From: Candidatus Omnitrophota bacterium
GTDB taxonomy: Bacteria; Omnitrophota; Gorgyraeia; Gygaellales; Profunditerraquicolaceae
Length of the DNA stretch: 64,000 nucleotides
Reading direction: 5' to 3'
Assembly: GCA_029561735.1 (NCBI GenBank)
Contig: JAKQWZ010000019.1
Location: 19,388 to 83,387 of the forward strand
Shown here: positions 29,686 through 38,719 of the stretch, piece after piece
Layout: every line of letters starts with the position of its first letter
Position numbering within the stretch: the stretch's first letter is position 1
Made by a program: the position numbers and the translations under genes
The notes under the pieces: model-generated
Seen by the model: the letters and a program-made list of their open reading frames with translations, nothing else
What the model was told of the DNA's origin: nothing
The model's database searches: none

Positions 29686-29745
29686 AGGGGACACTTCTCA
29701 GCACAAAATCAGAACCGTCCCTAGAGTAATTTGAGAACCGTCCCT
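29686..29745. repeat. REP element (family A), right flank of the RAYT gene in inverted orientation, plus a partial 13-nt copy
   Basis: aggggacacttctcagcacaaaatcagaaccgtccct (29686-29722) and gagaaccgtccct (29733-29745). The partial copy overlaps the apgM stop codon. Confidence 0.6.
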
Positions 29746-31027
29746 ATTCTTTGGCGAACTTCACTAGTAAAGGCATAATATCCATGCCTTTAATTTCACC
29801 AATTGAGCCAAGTTTGGCGGCATTTTCAGAATAAGACTTAGTCCCGTCGGGCTTGATTTTGCCTCCGGCGACTAATAACGGAACGGGGTCTGCTGAATGC
29901 GCTTTTATCGCGCATACAGTAGAATGATCTGCGGTAACTGCAACTATTGTATTATCAATATCTAATTTCGGTAAAATATTGGCAAAAAAATACTTATCAA
30001 TCGCTTCAATAATCTCTTTTTTTAATTTAAAATCTCCGTCGTGTGCTGGCTCATCAGGCCCTTTGATATGCACATAGATACCATCAAAAGTTTTTAAGGA
30101 ATCCAGCGCGATCTTTGCCCAGACCGGATAATCCACGTCAAGATGCCCTGTGGATGAAGGGATATCAATGATATCCATTCCGGTAAGCAGCGCAATCCCT
30201 TTTTCCACCGGCATCTGCACAAAAGAGCCGAATTTCATATTAAACAAACTGGTAATATCCGGGAATTTCGGCAAGTGGTCTCCGGCGTCACGGGATAAAA
30301 TCACGTTACCGGGCATTTTCTTTTCGGAAACTCTTTTTTTATTTATTGCCGCCTCATTTAACACCTGATTGGATTTCTGGGTAAACTCATTTAAAAGCGC
30401 TGCCGCCTCTTTTGCTTCAGCTGAATTCTCATATCCGGGCATGGCTTGAGAAACCGCAACCAGATTCTCAAATTTCTCTTTAGCCACTCCAAAAACGCCT
30501 TCGCGGTCATATGCCGGGTCTGTATTGGTGATCCAACCTGATAATTTTGAACGCATCCCCCTGATAACCAATATTCCGCGGTGGCCTATAGTATTTTTAA
30601 ATTCAAAAGTTCCGTTGGAAAGCGTAACCTTGGAATTGATTTCTTTAGATAATGCGGTTGCCTCTTCAGTAGTCAGATTCCTGCCTACTCTGCGGTCAAT
30701 AATCTTCTTGCCGTCTTGGGCAACAGTGGCAAAATTAACCCGAAACGCCACATCGCCGTCGTTTACCTTTAAGCCTTCGGCAAAAGATTCCAGCGGACCC
30801 CTGCCGGTATAATATTTATGCGCATCGTATCCTAATAAGCTAATAACCGCAATATCTGATTCCGGGGCAATACCTTTGGCAACCGGATAAACTATTCCTG
30901 TTTTACCGCTTTGCGCCAGTTGATCAAGGTTTGTAGTTACGGCTGCCTCAAGCGGGGTTTTATTCCCCAGCTCTTTTACCGGAAGATCGCCTAAACCATC
31001 AAGGACTACATAGAGTATTTTTTTCAT
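29744..31027 (-). CDS. apgM: Cofactor-independent phosphoglycerate mutase, archaeal ApgM type
   Basis: MKKILYVVLDGLGD N-terminus and metalloenzyme-superfamily blocks. Start set at the internal ATG, which abuts the nrdJ stop. The longer ORF start would overlap nrdJ. Confidence 0.65.
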   Translation of the reverse strand: MKKILYVVLDGLGDLPVKELGNKTPLEAAVTTNLDQLAQSGKTGIVYPVAKGIAPESDIAVISLLGYDAHKYYTGRGPLESFAEGLKVNDGDVAFRVNFATVAQDGKKIIDRRVGRNLTTEEATALSKEINSKVTLSNGTFEFKNTIGHRGILVIRGMRSKLSGWITNTDPAYDREGVFGVAKEKFENLVAVSQAMPGYENSAEAKEAAALLNEFTQKSNQVLNEAAINKKRVSEKKMPGNVILSRDAGDHLPKFPDITSLFNMKFGSFVQMPVEKGIALLTGMDIIDIPSSTGHLDVDYPVWAKIALDSLKTFDGIYVHIKGPDEPAHDGDFKLKKEIIEAIDKYFFANILPKLDIDNTIVAVTADHSTVCAIKAHSADPVPLLVAGGKIKPDGTKSYSENAAKLGSIGEIKGMDIMPLLVKFAKE

Positions 31028-31031
31028 AGTT

Positions 31032-33329
31032 TTAACATTTTGAATAACCGCAGGCATGGCATTTAACGCATCCTTCTTCATGCCTGAGCGCTCCCCCGCA
31101 ATCAGGGCATACGCCTATAATATCACCATGGGCAGCATTACTCACCGGTATTTCAGCCACATCGGTATGCGAATGTTTCATCGGCACCTCCACTTCCATG
31201 GCGGCTAATTGTTCGGCTTCATCGCTAACCAGCCTTTTTTCCACTACCCGGGCAATCGCGTCAGAACAAGAAAATATCCTCTGGCCTTTTTCCCACGAAG
31301 GAGACGGGCAACGTATATTACGCAACTGTTCAATGATAGCTTTTACTTCAATCCCTGACCTAAAACCCAGAGAAACCAGCCTTCCGATCGCCTCAAGCTG
31401 GCTGGCAGCGCATCCGCCGGCTTTACCCATCTGGGTAAATAATTCAAAGGGTTTACCGTCTCCATCAGCATTAATAGTCACATAAAGATTACCGCAGCCG
31501 GTTGCAACTTTTGTAGTTGTCCCGGTAACCACTTCCGGCCTTGGCCGCGGGGCAATTTTACCTGCCTCAACTATCTGGGCAGGCTGTTGTTTTAAAGCCT
31601 GCTTGCCGACATTGAGCACCTGTTCTTCGCGGCTTCCGTCGCGGTAAATTGTTATCCCCTTGCATCCAAGCTCATAAGCCGATAAATAAGCATTTCTGAC
31701 GTCTTCAATGCCGGCTTCATGGGAAAAATTGATTGTTTTACTAACGGCATTATTCGTAAACTCCTGAAAAGCCGCCTGCATCTTAACATGCCATTCCGGA
31801 GTGATATCATGCGAGGTAACAAAAACTTTTTTGATATCTTCCGGAATCCCTTCAATATCTTTTAATGAAGAGCTTTCGGCAATCTTTTCCATCAACTGGC
31901 GGCTGTAAAACCCTCTTTCGCGGGCCGCTTCTTCAAAAAGAGGCTCCACCTCAACCAGCTTATCATTATCCATTACATTGCGGTAATAGGAAATAGCAAA
32001 AAGCGGCTCTATGCCGGAAGAGGTCGGGCCGGCAATAATGCTGATAGTGCCGGTAGGAGCGATCGTAGTCAGGGTAGCATTTCTCAATTTTAGCGGATTT
32101 TCTTTTTTATCAAAAATACTGTCCTTAAATGCCGGGAAGGTGCCTTTTTCTTTGGCTAATTCCTGAGATTTCTTCGTAGCTTCTTTGAGTATAAAACCCA
32201 TTACTTTTCTGCCCAACTCAACTGCATCTTGCGAATTATAAGGTATGCCTAAACGTATAAGCATGCTTGCCCAGCCCATTACGCCCAAACCGATTTTACG
32301 CGTGCGTTTAGTGGCTTTTTCAATCTCCGGAATCGGGAATTTATTCACATCAATCAGATTATCCAGAAAATGCACTGCAACGCGTACTACTTCTTTTAAC
32401 CTGTCCCAGTCTATTTCATACCTTGCAGGCCCGACCTTTTTACAGAATTTAATCAGGTTAATTGAACCAAGGTCGCAGCTTTCATAAGGCAATATAGGCT
32501 GCTCTCCGCAGGGATTAGTGCTTTCAATCTTACCTAATTTAGGCGTAGGGTTATCTTTATTCAGCCGGTCAATGAAAATTATTCCCGGCTCTCCGTTTTT
32601 ATGCGCCTGCTTTACCACCAAATCAAATACGTCTTTAGGATTCAGCCTCTGCACGGGCTTTTGCGTATGCGGGTCAATTACATCATACTCCTGCCCCGAT
32701 TTTAACTTCTCCATAAACTCATCGGTTATGGCCACCGATATATTAAAATTATTTATATCCTTATTATTGTCCTTGCATACGATAAATTCCATAATATCAG
32801 GATGGTCTACCCGCAATATACCCATATTTGCGCCTCTGCGGGTGCCGCCCTGTTTTACTGCTTCGGTAGCTGCATCATAAACCTTCATAAAAGAGACCGG
32901 GCCGCTGGCCACTCCTCCGGTAGTTTTGACAACGGAATTTTTTGCGCGCAGCCTTGAAAAAGAAAACCCTGTTCCGCCGCCGGATTTATGGATCATCGCC
33001 GTAGCCTTCAGGGTCTCAAAGATAGATTCCATTGAATCTTCAACAGGAAGCGTAAAACAGGCACTTAATTGCCCTAAGTGGCGGCCTGCATTCATCAGGC
33101 AGGGGGAATTCGGCATAAACTCAAATTCGCTCATTACGCGCAGAAAATCTTTTTCCAGCTCAGCAATCTGTTTTTCTGTTTTATTGTAAAGCTTTTCTGC
33201 GCTTGCCATGGCGCGTGCCACTCTGGTAAGCATTTCCAAAGGAGTCTCTACTACTTTGCCGTTTTCATCCTTCTTCAGGTACCTTCTCTCCAAAACCTTT
33301 AAGGCATTTTCCGATAATTTCAGCGCCAT
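31032..33329 (-). CDS. nrdJ: Adenosylcobalamin-dependent ribonucleotide reductase (class II, NrdJ) with a C-terminal Zn-ribbon
   Basis: 765 aa with an NPCGEQP active-site block and C-terminal CPDCGG...CVKCHACG. Confidence 0.85.
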   Translation of the reverse strand: MALKLSENALKVLERRYLKKDENGKVVETPLEMLTRVARAMASAEKLYNKTEKQIAELEKDFLRVMSEFEFMPNSPCLMNAGRHLGQLSACFTLPVEDSMESIFETLKATAMIHKSGGGTGFSFSRLRAKNSVVKTTGGVASGPVSFMKVYDAATEAVKQGGTRRGANMGILRVDHPDIMEFIVCKDNNKDINNFNISVAITDEFMEKLKSGQEYDVIDPHTQKPVQRLNPKDVFDLVVKQAHKNGEPGIIFIDRLNKDNPTPKLGKIESTNPCGEQPILPYESCDLGSINLIKFCKKVGPARYEIDWDRLKEVVRVAVHFLDNLIDVNKFPIPEIEKATKRTRKIGLGVMGWASMLIRLGIPYNSQDAVELGRKVMGFILKEATKKSQELAKEKGTFPAFKDSIFDKKENPLKLRNATLTTIAPTGTISIIAGPTSSGIEPLFAISYYRNVMDNDKLVEVEPLFEEAARERGFYSRQLMEKIAESSSLKDIEGIPEDIKKVFVTSHDITPEWHVKMQAAFQEFTNNAVSKTINFSHEAGIEDVRNAYLSAYELGCKGITIYRDGSREEQVLNVGKQALKQQPAQIVEAGKIAPRPRPEVVTGTTTKVATGCGNLYVTINADGDGKPFELFTQMGKAGGCAASQLEAIGRLVSLGFRSGIEVKAIIEQLRNIRCPSPSWEKGQRIFSCSDAIARVVEKRLVSDEAEQLAAMEVEVPMKHSHTDVAEIPVSNAAHGDIIGVCPDCGGALRHEEGCVKCHACGYSKC

Positions 33330-33438
33330 TTGCTTCTCCCCGTTGTTAGAAGCCTGCTTATGGACAGGCAGGTGTTAAAGGTTTAATAAAATTATGCCCA
33401 AAGTATAACAGCCTCAATAATTCTTGTCAACAAAAAAA

Positions 33439-33483
33439 TACAATATATTGTGGTTTTTTTTATACACTATACTATCAATTGTG
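33439..33483. promoter_or_regulatory. Candidate NrdR boxes upstream of nrdJ
   Basis: Perfect palindrome ACAATATATTGT inside tACAATATATTGTGg fits the NrdR consensus acaCwAtATaTwGtgt. A weaker second copy, acactatactatcaattgtg, lies ~25 bp away. Both are 110-150 bp upstream of the ATG. Confidence 0.3.
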
Positions 33484-33517
33484 CCTGTAGACCTGCGTTG
33501 CGCCGCGAGGGGCAAGC

Positions 33518-34534
33518 TTAGAGCTTGCGGCAGGACTCTCTGATGACAAGTTCCGTCGGCAAAACAATCTTTTCTACTTTTGCCTCTTTTTTGCTTATAA
33601 TAACGTTTAAACGCTTAACGCTTTCCTGTGCCATCTGCGATAACGGCTGCCTGACTGTAGTAAGCGCAACTGGCCCGTAAAGGCCTGAAGGATTATCATC
33701 AAAACCGACTATTGATAAATCATCCGGAATATGTTTTCCGCTCTCCCTTGCCACAGCCATTACTTCCAAAGCCATAGAATCCGACGCCACAAATACAGCA
33801 GTCGCCGGGTTCGGCATATTGATCAGTTTTTCGGCAGCTGAGCGCGCCTGCCCGCGCGAATAATCAGTCTTAAAAATATACTTCTCTTCCAAAGCAATGC
33901 CGTGTTTCTTTAGCGATTTTTTATAGCCTTCAAACCGTTGCGCCGCCCCTTGCGTAACTATATCCCCGGTAATATGCGCGATTTTCTTATGGCCCAGACT
34001 GACCAGATAATCCACCGCGCTTTCAGCTCCGCCGGTATTATCAATGGAAATGCTGTTTACGTTCAGGTCTTTTACGTAATTATTAATAACCACGCAAGGC
34101 GTGCCTGAGTCAACAGCTTCCTGAATCTGGTCAAGGTTACCGATGACATCAGCAAAAATAATCCCACCCACCCCCCTTAAGTTAAGCGGTGAGCGGCTGT
34201 CCGTCAGATGCAGCAGTAAATCCAGTTTAAGGGCCTCGCAAAGGGTGCCTATGCCGCGGATAAGCTCAAGCGCGTAGAAAGAATAAAAAATCCCCTCATA
34301 CCGGGGGATTATCAAAGCAATAACATTGCTTTTTCCGCTGGCCAGCCGCTGGGCAAATACAGAAGGCTTAAATTTAAGCTGCTTTACAGCCTCAAGAACC
34401 GCGGTTTTATTCCTTGTTTTTACCGAACCGCTGTTATTTATAACCCTGGATACCGTGGTAATTGAAACTCCGGCAAGGCGGGCAACATCTTCAATGGAGA
34501 TATTCTTGGAAGGGCCGACTCTTTTGTGAACCAT
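33518..34534 (-). CDS. LacI-family transcriptional regulator
   Basis: N-terminal HTH ISIEDVARLAGVSITTVSRVINN and a periplasmic-binding-fold sugar domain. Confidence 0.8.
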   Translation of the reverse strand: MVHKRVGPSKNISIEDVARLAGVSITTVSRVINNSGSVKTRNKTAVLEAVKQLKFKPSVFAQRLASGKSNVIALIIPRYEGIFYSFYALELIRGIGTLCEALKLDLLLHLTDSRSPLNLRGVGGIIFADVIGNLDQIQEAVDSGTPCVVINNYVKDLNVNSISIDNTGGAESAVDYLVSLGHKKIAHITGDIVTQGAAQRFEGYKKSLKKHGIALEEKYIFKTDYSRGQARSAAEKLINMPNPATAVFVASDSMALEVMAVARESGKHIPDDLSIVGFDDNPSGLYGPVALTTVRQPLSQMAQESVKRLNVIISKKEAKVEKIVLPTELVIRESCRKL

Positions 34535-34554
34535 ATATGATTATGAAAACTTTT

Positions 34555-35736
34555 TTATCTTATAGTATCGCCGACGGCAAGCGTGGCGCTTTCGTTTTTT
34601 ATATCGCAGGCGGATATATTTTTACGCGTCTGGATTACTTCTAAACTGGCAATAGGTACGCCTTCTCTGTTGTAGGCCTGAAAGGTATCGCCTAGTTTTA
34701 TTCCGGCATCATCGCCCAGGTCAATTACTACAAAATTATTCTCCCTGTTTATGGCTACGATCTTACCGGCAACCGAAAGCATGGCCGGCGAGGGCATTGT
34801 TTGTTTCTGGGCTGCTTTTTCCGGCTGCGGCCTGACAGTTATCGGCGGTAATTCTACGGGCACATCCTTCTTCATCCCGCCTGAAGGCGGCAGGCCTGCG
34901 ACCATGTTCTCTACTTTTGTTTTCAACCCTTCGATCTGGGTGTTCCTGTCCTGAAGAATATTCTGCATTTCATCAATGCGCCTGTTCAGGGACTGATTTT
35001 GCTGCTGCATAGAAACAAGCTTCTCTTCCAGATTATCCTTGCGGTTATTAATAGCCTTGAGCTGTCGGCGTAGCAGTGTATTATCGCTTTTGATTTCTTT
35101 GACGCTGCCTTCAATGGCAAATTTATCGTTCTTTTCCCTTACCAGCTCCTGCGCAATGCTGTCCATTAACTTCTGATTATAGCTTAACTGGCGGCGCAAT
35201 TCAGAAGCCTCCCTGCTCAAATTAGTTACTTCCAACTCCATATTGGCCTTTTCTCTCATTAAGGCGCCGTTCTTTGCCTGGGCATTTTTAAATTCTACGC
35301 GTAAATTTTCCAGCTGGAACTCTAAGTCTGTCTTGGCTTTAACTAAACTGGCCCAATAAGCGTCTTCAGAAGCCGGCATTGAGGATATAGCGGAAGATGC
35401 CTGCATAATCTGGCGCTGTGATTTAGCCGCAGTCAATTGGTCTGCCAGGTCCTGCCTTTCTTTATTTATGATCTGGAATTTCTTTTCCAGCTCTTCCTTT
35501 TCCTGATTAACCCGGCTTAAATCCGTGTTGAAAGAATTCAGCTTATCCGCCAGTCTGCGAGTCTCTCCCATTGCCTCATCGGCTTTGCGCGAAAGAGCCA
35601 TATTCTCTTTCCTAAGCTGGTCCCTTTCTTTCTCAACTGTCTGTTTGGAAGAAAAAGTCTGCAGAGTCACAAAAAGGCTGACGATCAAGATTGCAACTAA
35701 CCCTAAAATAATAATTTTAGTTTTCTGTTCCATCAA
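34555..35736 (-). CDS. Membrane-anchored coiled-coil protein of unknown function
   Basis: One N-terminal TM helix, about 250 aa of heptad-rich Q/E/K/L sequence, and a C-terminal ~80-aa beta-rich domain. Confidence 0.5.
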   Translation of the reverse strand: MMEQKTKIIILGLVAILIVSLFVTLQTFSSKQTVEKERDQLRKENMALSRKADEAMGETRRLADKLNSFNTDLSRVNQEKEELEKKFQIINKERQDLADQLTAAKSQRQIMQASSAISSMPASEDAYWASLVKAKTDLEFQLENLRVEFKNAQAKNGALMREKANMELEVTNLSREASELRRQLSYNQKLMDSIAQELVREKNDKFAIEGSVKEIKSDNTLLRRQLKAINNRKDNLEEKLVSMQQQNQSLNRRIDEMQNILQDRNTQIEGLKTKVENMVAGLPPSGGMKKDVPVELPPITVRPQPEKAAQKQTMPSPAMLSVAGKIVAINRENNFVVIDLGDDAGIKLGDTFQAYNREGVPIASLEVIQTRKNISACDIKNESATLAVGDTIR

Positions 35737-35752
35737 CCCTCCTCATACTAAA

Positions 35753-36985
35753 TCACAATTGGGCGAACAATCTCTGCATAACTATACTGGCAGAGCCTAA
35801 TGCAACCGAATTTTCCCTAAGCTGAGAATAAACTATTTTCAGGTCCTGGCTTATCTCTCTAAAAGTCCAGTCTTTTACCGCCTGAGCCACCTGTTTTAAA
35901 AATTCTTCGCCTGCCTCTTCCAGCCCGCCGCCGATAACCACTACTTCCGGATCCAGCAGGTTAGCCAGATAAGCAATTTTTATCCCCAGCCTTTTTGCCG
36001 CTGCTTCTAGCGCGGATAAAGCAATCGGATTTTTACTGCGCGCGGCTATAAATACGCTTTTTAAATCTATATTTTCTATATTACTGGAGGTCAACTTAAA
36101 GAATTCCAGCGCTGTTTCCTTGTCATTAACCAATAAATTCTTTACGTGGCTGACTATGCCCAGGTCTGTTTCCCAGCGCTTTACAAAGCAGGGGTTTCCG
36201 GCGTTACAATTAAAAGAATCATTTTCTTTATAATTATCTATTGCGATCTCTCCGGCAAATCCATGGGCGCCGTTATAGACCGTGCCGTTAATCATTATTC
36301 CGCAGCCGACCCCGGAAAACATATATATAACGTCTTTATATCCCCGCTCAAGGTCAAGCCAGTGTTCGCCGAAACACGCCGCTGTCGCGTCATTCTCTAT
36401 AAGGACAGGCAGATTGAATTCTTTTTCCAGCATTGCCCGCAAAGGAAGGTCAACTGAAGCGTAAGTATAGACATTGTTCATCTTTTGCGGCCAGCTAATC
36501 GAACCGTCTTTCTTATTGATCAGGCCTGCAATACCCACGCCGATTCCTTTGATATTGGAATCGTAATCTTTAGAGCGGCGCATTATCTCTCGGATAACAT
36601 CAAGGATAGATTCGGCTATATCTTTGACAGAAGAGCGCGGCCGGGCAATCTGGGTTTTAGTTACAATATTGCCCTTGAGGTCAACTAAAAGCCCAACCAT
36701 GCTCATTAGGTTTACGCCTACGCCTATAATGTACCCTGCGCGCGGATTAAGGTCTAAGAGCGCCGGCGGCCTGCCGCCTTCAGATACATCCAGTTCTTTC
36801 TCGTAAACTAAATCGTGTTTTATGAATTCGTCAATATAATTTGAGATGGTGACCACATTTATACCCATCTCTTTGGAGATTTCAGGCCTGCTGATCGGGC
36901 CTTGCTTGCGCAATATCTCTAAAATATCAATATTGCGTTTTTCCTTCTCCGAAAAATCCTCTCTTTGAAGATTTAGCTGGCGCAT
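35753..36985 (-). CDS. ROK-family transcriptional regulator (NagC/XylR-like)
   Basis: N-terminal winged HTH plus a ROK sugar-kinase-like domain with glycine-rich segments (GVGVNL, GVGCG) and a CNAGNPC cysteine motif. Confidence 0.75.
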   Translation of the reverse strand: MRQLNLQREDFSEKEKRNIDILEILRKQGPISRPEISKEMGINVVTISNYIDEFIKHDLVYEKELDVSEGGRPPALLDLNPRAGYIIGVGVNLMSMVGLLVDLKGNIVTKTQIARPRSSVKDIAESILDVIREIMRRSKDYDSNIKGIGVGIAGLINKKDGSISWPQKMNNVYTYASVDLPLRAMLEKEFNLPVLIENDATAACFGEHWLDLERGYKDVIYMFSGVGCGIMINGTVYNGAHGFAGEIAIDNYKENDSFNCNAGNPCFVKRWETDLGIVSHVKNLLVNDKETALEFFKLTSSNIENIDLKSVFIAARSKNPIALSALEAAAKRLGIKIAYLANLLDPEVVVIGGGLEEAGEEFLKQVAQAVKDWTFREISQDLKIVYSQLRENSVALGSASIVMQRLFAQL

Positions 36986-37102
36986 TAAGCTTTCTGCCTT
37001 TCTTATAGATTTAAAAATACTTTTATTATCTTTTATTTATACAACCAAAAGGAATATAAGTCAAGCAATTTTAACAAGTTGGCGAAAAGCGAGGGTTACG
37101 GA

Positions 37103-38719
37103 TTACTTAATATCTACGATGGCTATGCTGCGGTCAATAATTCCGGTGGGAGTCATTACAACCACTGATATAACCTTGGTTCCGGGTTCGGAAAACTGTG
37201 TGGAGAAATCCGGATCCTTGCTGGAAGGCGAACCTGCCCCCAGGTCTCCGCTCCAAAGATAATCCATCTGCACCTGCATACATCCGCTCTGCTCGGCAAA
37301 GGCAGTTGAGCCAAGCTCAACCGCAGAATCAATAGCCGCAGAAACCGGCTTTGCCGCTAAATCCACTTTGCTCATATTTAAATTAGAATTTTCTTCTTTA
37401 AAAGTTGCGTCAAGAAAGACTTTCAGGTTATATTCCATTGGCTTTCCGTTTTCTATCTCGCCGAGCCTTGCCTGAGCCATTGACAGTGTTTGAGGAAAAT
37501 CTGTTTTTGCCAATTCAATTAATTTACCGTAATATTTCCCGGCAGACTCATCTTCTTCCTGCCACTGGCTCAATAATCCCAGCTGATACAAAGAAGCAAT
37601 ACGGTATGCAGCAGCAGTATCATCCCCGGAAAGGGCGGAAAAGGCCTCTGTTGCCGCTTTAATATCGCGCAAAACATAAGCATTTATAACCGCGACCTTA
37701 AAACGGGCTTCGTTAGCATATATACCCTCGGGAAAACGCATCAATAACTCCGAATACCTGTCTTTGGCACCGCTGAATTCCTTACTCTTCTCTAAGTTAT
37801 AAGCGCGCTGATAAAGCAGCTCTTCATCAAAATCCTGAGCAATACCCAAACCGTCAAGTTTCTGGAACAATTTTTCGGAGTATACCGGATCAGGCAAAAG
37901 CGAATTCGCATAAGAATAAGCAAAGCCGAATGACTTAGCTATATCGCTTAGGATCAACCCGGACTTTTCCTTAGGCAGTGTCTTTAAGAACCTATCAATA
38001 TAAATATCATAAATTGTTTCGGATAATTCCAGATTGCCGTCTTTGCGGAATTCGCCGGCTGATTTGATCAGGTCATCGTCGCTTATATTAGATATAACCA
38101 GATTATCAGCATAGATCTTATACAGCTGCTGGGCCTTTGCCTTTTCGCCCAGAGCCTGTAATTGTGCTGCAATTTCTTTGACCAGCTGCATATCCACAGG
38201 GCCTTTTGCGTATTCCTGCACGCCGCTCATTAAAGATGCCAGCGCCTGCTGGCTGAATGCATCCTGCTGGCTGGCGTGGAACTGCCAGAGAATAAACCTT
38301 GTCTTCAGGTTCAGCTCATCTTTGGCTTGCGTGGATTCCAGCACCTTCTGCGCGCTTTCAGTTATATCACTGCGGTAATCATTGCCTTTAGAAAAATATT
38401 CGTCCCAGTTCTGCTCCTGTTCCAGGTATTTAAGCTGGCTAAAGCGGCTAAGGGCAATATAATAATTTGCACACAGGTTTAGCCCCTGTTTTTTGGCAAT
38501 AAGCGATTTAAGAAAATCTGCAAATTCAGAATATTTATAATTTTTAAAATATAAATCTTTTGCCTGCTCCAAATAGGGCATGGCCTGAGCACAATCACCG
38601 GAGTCCATTATCTGTTTGCTTAAAACAGCAATCCTGTCCTCTTGGGAATAGGCGCTTGCAACCAAACCGGAAAATAGAATAATTAAAGTTAATAATACGG
38701 ACAATTTAGCGGTTTTCAT
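37103..38719 (-). CDS. Secreted hypothetical protein (signal peptide, helical repeat-rich)
   Basis: Signal peptide MKTAKLSVLLTLIILFSGLVASAYS. 538 aa with no catalytic motif recognised. Confidence 0.5.
   Translation of the reverse strand: MKTAKLSVLLTLIILFSGLVASAYSQEDRIAVLSKQIMDSGDCAQAMPYLEQAKDLYFKNYKYSEFADFLKSLIAKKQGLNLCANYYIALSRFSQLKYLEQEQNWDEYFSKGNDYRSDITESAQKVLESTQAKDELNLKTRFILWQFHASQQDAFSQQALASLMSGVQEYAKGPVDMQLVKEIAAQLQALGEKAKAQQLYKIYADNLVISNISDDDLIKSAGEFRKDGNLELSETIYDIYIDRFLKTLPKEKSGLILSDIAKSFGFAYSYANSLLPDPVYSEKLFQKLDGLGIAQDFDEELLYQRAYNLEKSKEFSGAKDRYSELLMRFPEGIYANEARFKVAVINAYVLRDIKAATEAFSALSGDDTAAAYRIASLYQLGLLSQWQEEDESAGKYYGKLIELAKTDFPQTLSMAQARLGEIENGKPMEYNLKVFLDATFKEENSNLNMSKVDLAAKPVSAAIDSAVELGSTAFAEQSGCMQVQMDYLWSGDLGAGSPSSKDPDFSTQFSEPGTKVISVVVMTPTGIIDRSIAIVDIK

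Noticed and set aside
33330-33517. Cobalamin riboswitch upstream of the B12-dependent nrdJ
   Set aside because: No B12-box-like conserved core or extended multi-stem structure is visible. B12 riboswitches typically repress B12-independent isozymes rather than the B12-dependent enzyme itself.
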